Below are positions 13,996 to 27,751 of a stretch of DNA of 64,000 nucleotides, in pieces. The notes under the pieces are model-generated. The model saw nothing but the letters and a program-made list of their open reading frames with translations, was not told where the DNA came from and made no database searches. Every line of letters begins with the position of its first letter. Position 1 is the stretch's first letter. The position numbers and the translations under genes were made by a program. Source of the DNA: Diplonema japonicum (taxonomy: Eukaryota > Protista > Euglenozoa: Diplonemea); NCBI GenBank assembly GCA_964019335.1, contig OZ025661.1, positions 496,001 to 560,000 on the forward strand. Direction: 5' to 3'.

Positions 13996-16750
13996 CTACT
14001 CCCCTAGTTTAACCCTTTTTGCGAGCTGCGGTTTTAATTTAGTTAGTGTGTTTCATTCTTCTTTGCACACCTGGCTGTCCTGCGGTGCCCCTCTCTTTCT
14101 CACATCGCCGAATACTGCATCAGGTACTGCACGCTCTTCCAGTTCGATCTGTGGTGTAAATAAAGTTTAGTGAAGTAGAAGTATACCTCCTCTGCTTCCG
14201 CAGCGTCTGCGTCCTCAGAGGGCCCTGCAGGAGCCGTGCTTTGTGCCACGAAGGTGATTTTGTCAGTGTCGGGGTTGGCGCTGTACTTACCCTCACGTGG
14301 TGCTTGCTTGATGCCTGCCGCTTCTTCCTGCTCTTCTTTCCGCTTCTTGCGCTCTTCCCTTGCAGTTTCTGCAGCAGCAGCAAGGTCGATGGACGCACTG
14401 AAGGTCGACTGTACTGACCGCCTGACCCTAAGCATGTCCTTGAAGGTCTCTTCGTTACCGTGGTTGATTTCGAACGCATGCCACGATTGCCAGAAAGTGT
14501 TCTCCTTCCTGGGATCTACGTACTGTGCTCCGTGCATGTACAGCCCCCTGGCTCTTTCGATCTCTCCCAAGCCCCGCTCGGTCTCTGCGTACTCGACACA
14601 GAAGTCAGGGATGTGCTTGTCCTTCAGCGTCTTTATCGCCTTTTCGTACACGTCACGCGTTTTGATGGCACCGAAAAACTTCTTCGTTGCCTTCAGGTAC
14701 CTCCTGTACATCCCCAACACCTCATCTTCTGGTACCTTGTCACACGCTCGGTCGTATACCGACAAGCATTGCCTTGCCAGCCCCCACCTCTCTTCGTACC
14801 TCGCGTACATCAGGTAAAACTGCGTCCGTTTACTGTAATGTGTGTTTTCGTGTCATGCGCATACTCTTTCGGGCACTCCTTGACGCACTGTTCGAAGAGG
14901 TCACGGGTTCTCTCTACTTTCTTCCCTTTGAACCTGGTCACAAAGCAGCTGATATAAGCCAGCCAAATGTCGTTGACGAGAGGCCACTGGAAGAGCGAGA
15001 CGCCCTGCTGGTAGACTTTAAAGGCTTCCTCCCAGAAGCCGTTCCCTTTCATCAAGTTTGCAAAGTTGATAACGATCTGCGGCGTGGCAACCTTGAGGTA
15101 CATGGCACGGTCGTACACATTCTTTGTCGACTGTTGTCATTGTTGTTGTTGTTGCTGTCTCCCTTGCATACCCTGATTGTGCATATCGACTCGTTCACGT
15201 CTGCGTACAGCGACCACAGCTTCACGCTCCTCCACAGCCTGTCCTGCACAGCCTGCCCGGGTACCTTCTTCCATGATCCTGGCCCTGTGAAGTTCGTAGC
15301 AGTTGCCCGTCTCAGGACATCGAGTGCTCTTCTGTACTTCTTGTTGCGCAGCTCCATCTCCGCGAACTCGCACCACACAGACGCCAGGTCATCCACAGAC
15401 TTGAAGGGTGCCTCAACTGCTTTGTTCAAGATGCTTCTTGCGGACTTAAGATCACCCCTGTCCTCGTACCACTTTGCGAAACCCGTCCACAATGTGTGCG
15501 GCTTCCCAATGGCCTTCGCGATATTCACGGTCATGACAGCCGCTGTGTATGTTTTCACAACCTTTTCCGCATCATCCGCGAAGATTGTAGTCCGCTTCTT
15601 CCATTCGTGTACGTTGTGCGGGTTCTGCCTCAGCAACACAGAATTAAGCAGCTCTTCTCTTCTTTGCATTAGGTGCTCTAGTCTCTCGAGTCTGAAGTCC
15701 ACCTCCTCGGCAAGGTCAAAGTCAGTGTGGGTCACCTTCAACATGGCACGCGTGTAGGCATCTGTGGTGTCTTCCTCCTCGCCTTCTTCCAGCTGCTTCA
15801 TTTTTACCGACAAGAGAGCCTCTTCGAAATGAGAGTACGAATCGAAGATCTGGCTGAAATCCTTTACAGTCGAGACGGTGGTGATGCCCTCCTCATAGAT
15901 GCTGCGTGCCTTGTCGAAATGCCCACATCTTGTGTTGTAGTCTGCAAGGGCGCACCACAGCTGCCCCACTTCGTTGGGGAACTTCTTGATACCTGTCCGT
16001 ATAATCTTCTCCACCGTCAGGTTCGTGTCGTCAAGCTTCAAGGCGTCCCCTTGGGTGCTGAGCAACTTGCACAGCTCGACCCACAGCTCGTGTCGCGTCT
16101 TCCCCTTCACACTGACGAACTTCGTGTCGTTGAGGGAGGCGATCATGGTGTTGATGATGTCGTTCCATTTCTTGTGCTTCCTCAAGAAGATCACGTAGTC
16201 CTCCATCAAGTAGGGCTCCAGTTGCAGGTACCTCTTCCACAGCCTGCATGCTGTGTCTACAGGTACATAGTCCTGCTTTACAAATTCTAAGGCAGATCTC
16301 CAGATGCTCTGGTGTTGAGTGATGGGAAGGGATTGCAGCGCTCTGTCGATAGCGTGTCTCGTAGAGGTGATCTTGTACTGCTTCATCAGGAAGCGGATGT
16401 ACTCCTGCCATATCCTGGGCATCTTCGACATAAAAATCAAGGCACGCTCGAATGTGCTGTTCACGGCTTCCCAAGCTGCGTTGTCAAGCGGCCTGTCCTT
16501 CACCTGGTGAACCCGCTCCTGCAGGTACGCGAACCATATTTTGTAGGATGCAGGGATATACTGCAAGGCTCTCTCGAACAGCTGGTTGCGAACCTTTGCT
16601 TCGGCGTTGTGCTTGAAAAGCAAATACCGCCACCAGTACCTGGGGTGTTGTGTCATTTGCTTTTATTGCATACTTCAGTGCATAAGGGTCTCTCTTTATA
16701 TCCTTCTCAAACTCGATTTCCGTCAGCAACAGCGTGTCTTGGGCATCCAT
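13996..16750 (-). CDS. SYF1: Pre-mRNA splicing factor SYF1/XAB2 (HAT repeats), multi-exon
   Basis: ERALIFMSKMPRIW, RALQSLPITQH, LLRQNPHNVHEW, ATPQIVINFA, HGNEETFKDMLRVRRSVQ. Short introns (GTATG-, GTATA- and GTGTG-type donors, CAG acceptors) join four ORF-track pieces; the final exon is tentative. Confidence 0.93.
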
Positions 16751-16868
16751 GTTGCTCCCCTGTCCTGTGGGTGGTGCATGTTATGCAGTTTGAAAATAAA
16801 TAACGCGAAGCGCTATGATACATGCCCTTGAAAGGGAAGATGTTAAGCTTACGATTTACGTGCTGTTC

Positions 16869-19251
<2,383 letters not shown>

Positions 19252-19324
19252 TTTGGGTGCCCATCACCGTCTGTGTGTGGTTGATGTTGAAGGCAATACA
19301 ACAATAACTACAAGACAGGCTAGT

Positions 19325-21466
19325 CTAGAATATCCTGTTATTGGAAAAACGCTGCCCGCATGAATTGCACAACACACGCCACCCGTTCGGGCCCCTGCGT
19401 AGTTTGGGTGTCAGTCGCAGGTCGTCACCGCAGAGGGGACATGTCTTCTTATTGGCCCTGTACATCCTAAGGACGTTTGGCTTCACCTTCCTACCGCTCG
19501 ACGTGACACGGCCCATTTTCTGGTTGGTGAGAGCATCCGGACGCAGCGAGTCAATGGGGAACCACAGTCTTTTTATCTTAGGTCGGGACCTGGTCCCTGT
19601 GCAGCGTTGCTTCCGTTGCATCGACAGGGTGGCCCTGTCTAGCTTCGTGGCATGCGCAGAGGTCACGCGCCAAGGGTTTGCATCAGAGCGCATGACCTTT
19701 TGAACTGTTTCCGAGCCTGCCACTGGCAGGTAGTCAGAACTGAAGCCGTTCAAGGACGTCATGATGGCCGAACATAGAGTGTCGTAGAAGGCACGGGACT
19801 GAGCAACATCCAACTTGCACGAGGTCACCATAGAGCGGCAGATGGTGTCAATTTTGTCGAAAGGCTTGGCGCTGCCGCCAATTTCAATGACGAAGGAGTT
19901 GGTGAGGAGGTCGGGACCTTGCAAGGATTGGATGTGAAAAGTACGCTCAACTGGCCTGAGAATGACACGCTCCCACATTGTGGTGGATTTGCTAAAAGCT
20001 TTGAACGCGTACGTCTTGAGGAACGGGACGAACGTGTCACCCGGAAGGGACAGGTCATTGACAATCTGCTTGATTAAAGGTTCTTCAAACTCCCTCACAG
20101 TGAAAGTATCTACCACGCCATCGCCTAGGTTGACGGTCCCTGTGAGCAGGTTACCTTCTTGAGAGCTACTTTTTTTCTCCGTCGCCGCCCTCCATTCTCG
20201 CATTGCTTCTGCATGTTCAACACAGGCTTTTTCGTACCGCACCTCATAGGCTCTCTTGTCCATCAGCAGCATCCCTTCCCACGTCCATTCACTACCACCA
20301 GCCTCATTCATATACATGTCCATCGGTGAAATCGGCGCTAGCGGCGGCTCCTTCCTTACGGGCTTAGGTGAACTTTGCTTTTTCACCCACGGTTTGCGCA
20401 CAACATTGCCGATAGGCATTTGTGAGCTCGGCACGCCTTCCCTGGTCATGCTCCGCAGAGGGGTGATGAAGGACGCACGAGGGGCCGTGTTGATGAGAGC
20501 TGGCAGTTTCCTCCTCTTTAAATCAGGTATGATGGGTATCGAGGATTCCCGGTAACTATGATTAGACGGCAAACTAACTAAGCGCTGCGATGGCCTGCTA
20601 GGGTCAGTACACGAAAGTGTGGGGTGTGAAAAGTCAGAGAGGGAAAGGTCGTCTTGTGTGCGCAGCTCAGAGACACTGCACTCAGAGATCTCGTCATGGG
20701 CACGCTTGAGAGGCGGGGATAGCGAAATTGCAGGTGATGGCATGACAGGAAGTGAGGATGGGATAGCTGAAGTGGATTGGAACAGGGCTGGGGATGGCAA
20801 AGCGCTGATTGCTGGGGATGGCAAGGCGCCGATAATGCCAGGCGTGCCCTCCCTGATAGCTAGTTGAACTTGGGGGCTTGGGAGCACCACTTGAGAAACC
20901 AAACCCGTACTGAAATCAATTTTTGGTGAGGGCAGCACAGATGGTAGTTTTGGCTTTTCGCTTTTTTGCGTAGCTACTGAACTGGACAGGTCAACCTGTG
21001 GTGATGGAAGCACTCCTGTTGCCCCTAGTGTTGATGGCGTCGGCAATGCAGTCCCGAAAACCTGCGGCGATGGGTAAACGGCTGTCTTTTCATAGTTCGG
21101 CGAGGGGCTGGGAAGTATGGTAGACACCTCTGCACCAAGTACCGCTGTTGTTCCAACCTGTGTCGGCGGTAATGCTGTCGGTTCAACTTGCAGCACGTCA
21201 CTGTTCTGCGGGATTGGGCTAGGCAGCACGGCCGGTACGGAATCGAGTACTGACGGGCTGGGCAGAACAGACGGTCCTGTACTGGTAACTTGCACCCTGC
21301 TTGAAGCACTGTCATTGAAATCTCGGGGAGGGTTAGGGTTGGAGGACACTTTTGACGATCCATTCGAATCACTGAGAACAGGTGTGGTGCATAGGGTTTC
21401 TGGTTGGCTGTCAGCACTGAGCTTTTCCGAGTCCCCCGGCAAGGACGGGCTAGGCAAGACGCTCAT
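19325..21466 (-). CDS. Protein with LPSP-repeat N-terminus, possible HMG-box-like segment and C-terminal GATA-type zinc finger
   Basis: C-terminal CPLCG...TPKLRRGPNGWRVLCNSCG matches the GATA finger pattern; ~11 (V/A/I)(L/Y/M)PSP motifs in the N-terminal third. Start taken at MSVLPSP. Confidence 0.75.
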   Translation of the reverse strand: MSVLPSPSLPGDSEKLSADSQPETLCTTPVLSDSNGSSKVSSNPNPPRDFNDSASSRVQVTSTGPSVLPSPSVLDSVPAVLPSPIPQNSDVLQVEPTALPPTQVGTTAVLGAEVSTILPSPSPNYEKTAVYPSPQVFGTALPTPSTLGATGVLPSPQVDLSSSVATQKSEKPKLPSVLPSPKIDFSTGLVSQVVLPSPQVQLAIREGTPGIIGALPSPAISALPSPALFQSTSAIPSSLPVMPSPAISLSPPLKRAHDEISECSVSELRTQDDLSLSDFSHPTLSCTDPSRPSQRLVSLPSNHSYRESSIPIIPDLKRRKLPALINTAPRASFITPLRSMTREGVPSSQMPIGNVVRKPWVKKQSSPKPVRKEPPLAPISPMDMYMNEAGGSEWTWEGMLLMDKRAYEVRYEKACVEHAEAMREWRAATEKKSSSQEGNLLTGTVNLGDGVVDTFTVREFEEPLIKQIVNDLSLPGDTFVPFLKTYAFKAFSKSTTMWERVILRPVERTFHIQSLQGPDLLTNSFVIEIGGSAKPFDKIDTICRSMVTSCKLDVAQSRAFYDTLCSAIMTSLNGFSSDYLPVAGSETVQKVMRSDANPWRVTSAHATKLDRATLSMQRKQRCTGTRSRPKIKRLWFPIDSLRPDALTNQKMGRVTSSGRKVKPNVLRMYRANKKTCPLCGDDLRLTPKLRRGPNGWRVLCNSCGQRFSNNRIF

Positions 21467-21547
21467 CCCTCGACTGTAATGTGGTGGTGTTGTGAAACAA
21501 AACAAGCAGTAAAGAATTAAAAACAGTAAACTGTGTAAATCAGTTGT

Positions 21548-22741
21548 TTAGTCAGGCCTTTGAGACAGGCTCATAACACACGTGCGCTTAAAAGCGGCGT
21601 TTGACTTCAAGCTCGGGTTGTTCCCCACGAAGGTCCTGATGACACGCGGTGGTGGGGATGTAGCTGGTGGTTCCATAATCAAAGGGGTCTTCAGCGAAGG
21701 GGTCTTCTTCTTATTGGCCAACGCCACCGTCACATCGTAGCCTCCTTGAACCCTTGTCTTGTTCCTTTCCAATGTCCTAGTGACAGCCCTCATGAGCAGG
21801 GACGTGATGGACCTGCAGTGACAGAGGGAGAGAAAGGTGAGGCTGCGGTTTTGCTTCAGTGACTCGCACAAGGAAATACCACCCGTGAGGGAAATGAAGT
21901 TCCCTTCGAGGTATAAAGTGGTGAGACACTTGATGTAGGGCAGCTTTTTTGCGAAGGCAACGATGCCTTCGTCCACAAGACCCATGAAAGACAGATCTAA
22001 GTGGTGGATGTTGCAGAGAGGCATGAGGCAGACGTCCGCGACAGCAGTGCACAATGCTACGCCGTCTGCTGGGTCAGCAGTCTCAGAGTTCCCATGCAAG
22101 GACAGCATTGTCAGAGAGAGGCCGAGGGATGTGTAGTTCGTAAATATGCTCGTTGCACCCTTCAGCGTAATCTTGTTGTGATTGAGATCCAGCTTCTTCA
22201 GAGAGGGGGGGATGGCATGGAGGATGACCCGTAACTGATGGTCTGTGATCCTGCATCGCGAGAAGGATAAGTGAACCAATGTGCAAACACGGAGTGCATC
22301 CATAAAGAGCTTTAGTGGATCAGAGGTGAATGTCACGCCTCGGAGACGTAAGTGAGTCACATGACTGTTTTGCTTCACGTCATTCACCAGTGACCATACA
22401 AAAGAGGTTGCACAAGCACCCTGTGGTGGCTCTACCACCCAGAGTCTGCTGTTCTTTTCGAACATATTACCCCAGCTCCCCACAGGTTTCTCGCTGGTCT
22501 CTCGTTCTCTCTTCGCTTGTTGTTGCATGCTCGTAGTTTTCCTTATAATCGCCTTCGCCGCCTCATCCCATCCGCGCACCGCATATGTGTTGCACTTCCG
22601 TAAACCTCCTCCCTCATTCCCACCGGAAAACTCGACTTTCTTCTTCTTCAACTTATCCCAACATACCAAGCCCGCTTTCTTGTACCGCTTCTTTTTTGTC
22701 TCCCCTCTTAAAACCACGGGATGCAATCCCCACGCATCCAT
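21548..22741 (-). CDS. Leucine-rich repeat protein (RNase-inhibitor-like LRRs)
   Basis: LKKLDLNHNKI, LTMLSLHGN, LTTLYLEGNFI, NRSLTFLSL repeats; start uncertain. Confidence 0.8.
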   Translation of the reverse strand: MDAWGLHPVVLRGETKKKRYKKAGLVCWDKLKKKKVEFSGGNEGGGLRKCNTYAVRGWDEAAKAIIRKTTSMQQQAKRERETSEKPVGSWGNMFEKNSRLWVVEPPQGACATSFVWSLVNDVKQNSHVTHLRLRGVTFTSDPLKLFMDALRVCTLVHLSFSRCRITDHQLRVILHAIPPSLKKLDLNHNKITLKGATSIFTNYTSLGLSLTMLSLHGNSETADPADGVALCTAVADVCLMPLCNIHHLDLSFMGLVDEGIVAFAKKLPYIKCLTTLYLEGNFISLTGGISLCESLKQNRSLTFLSLCHCRSITSLLMRAVTRTLERNKTRVQGGYDVTVALANKKKTPSLKTPLIMEPPATSPPPRVIRTFVGNNPSLKSNAAFKRTCVMSLSQRPD

Positions 22742-22832
22742 CCGACGCGCCCTTAAAACAGTGTAACATTGTCATATGGCAGAAGTAACTAAAGAAATCA
22801 GCAACGCACTGTAAAGAGCGCTTCTGTATAAC

Positions 22833-25800
22833 CTAGTCTCTAGATGCTTGGATCAAACCTAAAAGGCTGTGAAGCTGTGGTGTTTGTTTTCTTCCCTCCC
22901 CACTTTTTTTTTCTTTTTTTTCTTTTCTTTTTTTTTTTTGAGCCACACCTCTTGCTCGAAGCACTTGATCTTAACGTCCATTAGGTCGATCTCGCAGATG
23001 GCGCCCAGACGGCTCCCTTCGGAGCCCACCAGCGAGTCAAGGACGGCATGTTCCACGATCTTTTCCTGTAGTGTGGTTGCTGTGGTGTGCTTATGGCATT
23101 CATACGGATCCCTCCGTCTGCGTGTTATCCATGGACTCCACAATCGCTCCCCACTTCCATAGCGCCTCTTGCCACAAGTCATCCACGTACCCCCTCCCTA
23201 GGAGGTCGTAGGTTTTCGCACCAAAACACGTCCGCAGCTCTGCTCGGTAGATGTACTTGGACTCAGGTAGTGTTGTATATGTTGAATGGTTCCCGCCTCC
23301 GAACGAGCAAATTGCAGTAGCTCCACACCTTCTGCACGTCCCTTTGTCTGACGTGTAGCTGCACACACACGAAACCAGCATTCCGCAATCAGAACACGTC
23401 TTCAGCAGTGTCCAGTACCTTTCTGTGCTTGTCTCCGCTGCTTGTAGCAAGTCGGCTTTTGTTTCGCCCGACAACACTAACCCCGTGTCATGCTGTATGC
23501 GTGCGGGGTGGCAAGCACGCTTGAAGGTGTACCACATTCTCTGCAGCTGTTCGTCAAAAGGGATTTCGGTGGAAACTGTGTTCAATGATGCAAAGTTGTT
23601 CGTCAAGATGGCAACCAGGAAGTTCAGCATCAGAAACAGCCCCAACACCACGTACATCCAGAAGAACAAGCCTGTGATGTACATGTTCTCCCTCTTTAGA
23701 GCGTCGTAGTCGTAGTCACCAAGCAGCATCCTTGACAGCGTCGAAACTGTGATGCCAATGTGTCTGAAGTCGTACAGGTTCGTCCCGTAGATGGAGTGCC
23801 CCGTCAGAGCGAAGGCGAAGACAATGTAAGCGAAGATAAACAGGCAGCCGAGGAGTTCTTCCTTGCTCTTGGAGATGGTGCGTGTTAACAAGTTCAACCT
23901 GTTGTTCAAACGGATGAACTTCAAGAACTTCAGGAAGGTGATGATTGTGTTTACGGCATTAGCATACGTCTGTGCCGCGTACAGGTTACTGATCTTTTCC
24001 ATCACGCCGGGATAGACGTCTGGGTACAACAGCCGCACGGAGGCCTGTGTCGAATACACGGCCCACGCGATCCGCAGCCAGAAGACAACAACAAACGTCA
24101 CCAGATTGCCAAGCTCAAGGATATTCCAAACTTGAAAAATGTAAACGTACCACGGTTGTGTGCGCAACGAACGCCGCCAGTCACTGAAAAAACGTGCCCC
24201 GAAATATATGACAAAAGCACCAAAGAAGGAATCGAAGACAGTCTGATCGAGGTGCCCCTTCGACCACAGGGAGAACACCTTCACAGACCATTTGTTGATC
24301 CAACTCCCGCACGAGCCCTCCTCGCTGTAGAACTTGGCGGACACGAAGTTGTCATACTGCGGGTTGTACAAGAAGAACTCGATAGACACCATTCTTGTTG
24401 CGTAGTTGTCCACGAAGGGGTAGTTGTCTGATGCCAGGGCACGCATAACGTTCATCGCCGAGTTGCATGAAACGTTGAAAGGAATTTCAATAGTGTACCC
24501 ACCGCAGTGGTAGGTACTGATATCCCCAAATGTGTATCCACTCAGTGCGTCAGATGTCAGCCCCAAGCACGGTTGGTATTGATAAAGCAAGTTGTCAAGC
24601 GGCACGCCACCCCGCACTTTATGGGGTGTGAACTTGTAATCGGAGAAGACCCTGACAAACTTCTCGTTTAGAGGAAACCAAGGAAGCTGGTGGTTCCGTC
24701 TCAACGGTGTGCTGTAGTCCACGAAGCTCGCGTCCATCATGGTCCAGGGATCTGTGGGCTTGTTTCGTCCTTCAAGAGTCCACCTCACAGGGTCGCGCCA
24801 TGGGCGGTCGTTGGCTGTAACGAAGGTAAATGCCGAAAGACGCGTCATTTGCTTCAGACGCACAATAAGGCTTGACCCTACAGTATCCACCCACTTCGTT
24901 TCCAAGAGACCGTCAATGGCCAGGTTGGGGTTTGTCGAGTTCGTTGTGTTCCCCGACCCGTCAGTGTCGGCCGCTGCCCCGGCACCGCCCAAGCCTCCAT
25001 TCGTCATCCCCAAGTCTACTACGTCCGCCACTTGGCCCCTGAACCGTATCTCGGCTATCTGCACCGCGTCGCTGGCGCCCTCTGTCATCCCTCGTTCCAC
25101 GTCACTGAGCCCGATCACTGAAGCGTCGAAAGGACTGGGTTCCCAGTTCACGTGGTACCCCGAGGCACCCTCATGCCCCCTGATGTCCAAGGGTGTGAAC
25201 TTGTAACGAGTAAAGTGGGCCGTGCTGTTCCCGTCCCTGATGGGGAACCACGGAAGCCTCACACGCCTGCCTGTTGGCGTGGGATACCGCCATGTCTGCT
25301 CACCTAGATTCTTCCACGTCTTCCCGTCGCTGCTGCCATGGATGACCCACGAGACAGGATCGTGCTCATAGGTGCCAGATGCTGTAGTGAAGCTGAAGGC
25401 AGTCGCCGATACGCTGTAAGGGAAGACAATAGTGAGAGAGCCTTTCTCGTAGTCGCGCCAGTCAGTATAAATGTTGGTGTCGATACCAAACATTGGGCCT
25501 GTGTCCCCCGTCCGCTGCACACCGTAGTCGTTGGTGGCTGTGGCACTGAACTTGCTGAGGTTCAGTGAGGCGATGTCCTTGCCAGCGCCACCACCAAGAT
25601 GCAGCTCTGCAAGTTGCACAGCAGCAGGCAGGGGTGCTGTGCGGGTAACTAAGTCGGACCATGCTGTGTACTTCGAGGGGTCTGGGAATCCGAATCGCTG
25701 CTCTGTCTCCTCATTACTAGACGACCAGGGGCCATAGCAGGGGTTCTCCGTATAGAATTCATCGGGATTTTCGAAAAGATAAGTGTTAACAGGGCAGGTG

Positions 25801-26291
25801 TCCTGCCGCACTCTGAGGGAACGTATCTTAAGAGCGCCCAGCAGATAGTTCTGCCCTTGGGCTACAAGCTGCTTGAACGATGTGTCGGGGTTGTTGCATT
25901 CCCATAGGTTGGGTACCAGGACTGCTTCCGTCCAGTGCGTCCAGTCCTCCGCCTTCGTCCCATCTACATGCAACTTGTCAACCTCCAGCTCTGGGGGGTT
26001 GTTCCCCATGATCCTGTCCTTCACCACCCTCACGATGTAGTACTGCTGCGTAATGTTCCTCTCACTAATTGTCCCTGGCAACCCCAGGAAAAAGAACACA
26101 AACATCACCAGAAACGGTACATATTTCATAAAATCCGAGAACAGCTGACTTGCCTGCGCTTTATTACTCAGGTGATCCAGGACCAGTTCTATGGGGACTC
26201 CTGTGCAGGCATGTGTGGCCAAAGTATCGGTGGTTTCTGTGTCACTACCATTGTCATCCGCGACCTGCTTGTCCTTTCCATCTGCTGCCAT
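22833..26291 (-). CDS. Polycystin-2 (TRPP/PKD2)-like cation channel with inserted tandem discoidin-like domains
   Basis: TOP-domain motifs NYLLGALKIRSLRVRQDTC, CYGPWS, YHCGGY, TRMVSIEFFLYNP; channel motifs LKFLKFIRLN, RMLLGDYDY, MLNFLVAIL. Two 3' introns extend the frame to TAG at 22833. Confidence 0.88.
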
Positions 26292-26368
26292 GTCATCTGC
26301 CTCCTGTGCGTGCGATGTAAAAAGAAAAAAAGAAAAATAGTTTTAATAGCCAATAAAACATTTCCGCT

Positions 26369-27334
26369 TTATCGTTTCCTTTTAACTAAAGCTAATGCGG
26401 ATCCCCTCTGATAGGGGAATACCTTCTCCTTTGTCTCTGTGCCGCCCTCATTCACAGGGCCTTCCAAGTTCCACTTGGCGCATTGCTGGGGCGAGCATTC
26501 GAAGCTAAATATTTTGCAAGGGCCGTACCAAAGTGTTTCCTCCTCAGTAGACTCGATCTTGTTCGGCCACTTGACACATGGGTTAGTGTGGATGATGCGT
26601 TGGCCGCACGTGGGGCACCCTATGTACCCGGTCCCCTGCTGCATTGCTTGTATGTCCTTCAGATAATCCCAGATTCTGATGAAGTTTTCGGAGGGTAATT
26701 TCCTCACGCTGGCAAGGGCTTCTGGTGTCATCCGCCCTGTGCTGAGGAGTGGCGCGGGCTGGACCGCAATCCTTCTTCTCTTTGCCGGCTGGTCTTCCCC
26801 GATGATGACAACTGCATCAGACGAAGCGTCAGACTCGTCAGACGTCTTCTTGGTTTCCTGTGATGGCTGCTGTGCAGGGCCTGAAGGGGTGCTCCTGAGG
26901 TCGACAATAGTTCGCCTGACTCTAGAGTGCTTTGCAGAAGGCTTGGGAACGAGAGGTGTGAGAGCAGGCTGAGAGTAGTTCTCTTCTTCAGCTTCAATTG
27001 TTTGTTTTGTAGCCGATGCTTGTTCTGGGAACAGGTAGCTTGCCCTATCGCTGATGAGATAGTTGATGAGGGTCTCCTGACTCCTGATCACTGACGTGTA
27101 GAAGACCTTGTCCCCCTCCCCGTGCAGTTTCGCATTCTGAGAAATTTTTACGTTGTTGTTCCCCTGGGCCGCTGCCCAGTAGTGGGGTGACTTGCCTACC
27201 CGTAGTGTCTTCCCTGACACTAGCACTCTTCCTTGTGTCCCGCACGCAGCACACCATACCACGCCTCTGTCTTCCCTCCGCTGAGCGATATTCTTCCTGC
27301 ACCGCTCACAATATGACTCATGGCGAAGGGCCAT
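26369..27334 (-). CDS. Hypothetical protein with Cys-rich (CxxC) motifs at both ends
   Basis: ATG follows an ACAG|G acceptor; CERC...CAAC and CPTC...H..C motifs; 3' end may be spliced. Confidence 0.6.
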   Translation of the reverse strand: MALRHESYCERCRKNIAQRREDRGVVWCAACGTQGRVLVSGKTLRVGKSPHYWAAAQGNNNVKISQNAKLHGEGDKVFYTSVIRSQETLINYLISDRASYLFPEQASATKQTIEAEEENYSQPALTPLVPKPSAKHSRVRRTIVDLRSTPSGPAQQPSQETKKTSDESDASSDAVVIIGEDQPAKRRRIAVQPAPLLSTGRMTPEALASVRKLPSENFIRIWDYLKDIQAMQQGTGYIGCPTCGQRIIHTNPCVKWPNKIESTEEETLWYGPCKIFSFECSPQQCAKWNLEGPVNEGGTETKEKVFPYQRGSALALVKRKR

Positions 27335-27751
27335 GCCTGTGCGGTATGCATGTGAAGGAACAACAAAGAACGTGGGGTGAGAGAAAAAAAAGAGTTTTTT
27401 TTTTTTTTTTTTTTCATTTAAAAAGAAAATTAGATGCGGGAGGGGGAGGGGGGAGGTTGAGAGGAAGGCAAATAGCAAAAAAAAGGGGGGGAGACGTTCA
27501 AGAGAGAAAAATAAAAAGAGTTATTCCTTACCAACAATTGACGGTTTATTTAACTCACGTTTCTGATTTTTTTTCTCGTTTTTTTTTTTTTTTTTTTTTT
27601 TTTTGCAAGTTTTTATGCAAAGAAAAAGAGAGAAAAAAAGCGGGTAAGAACTGAGAAAACAACAGAACAGGCAACTTATTAGTTTTTGGTGGCAGGTTTT
27701 AAAACAAAAATTAAGTTAAATGGTAGGAAACTCAAGTCTGAAAAATAATTC

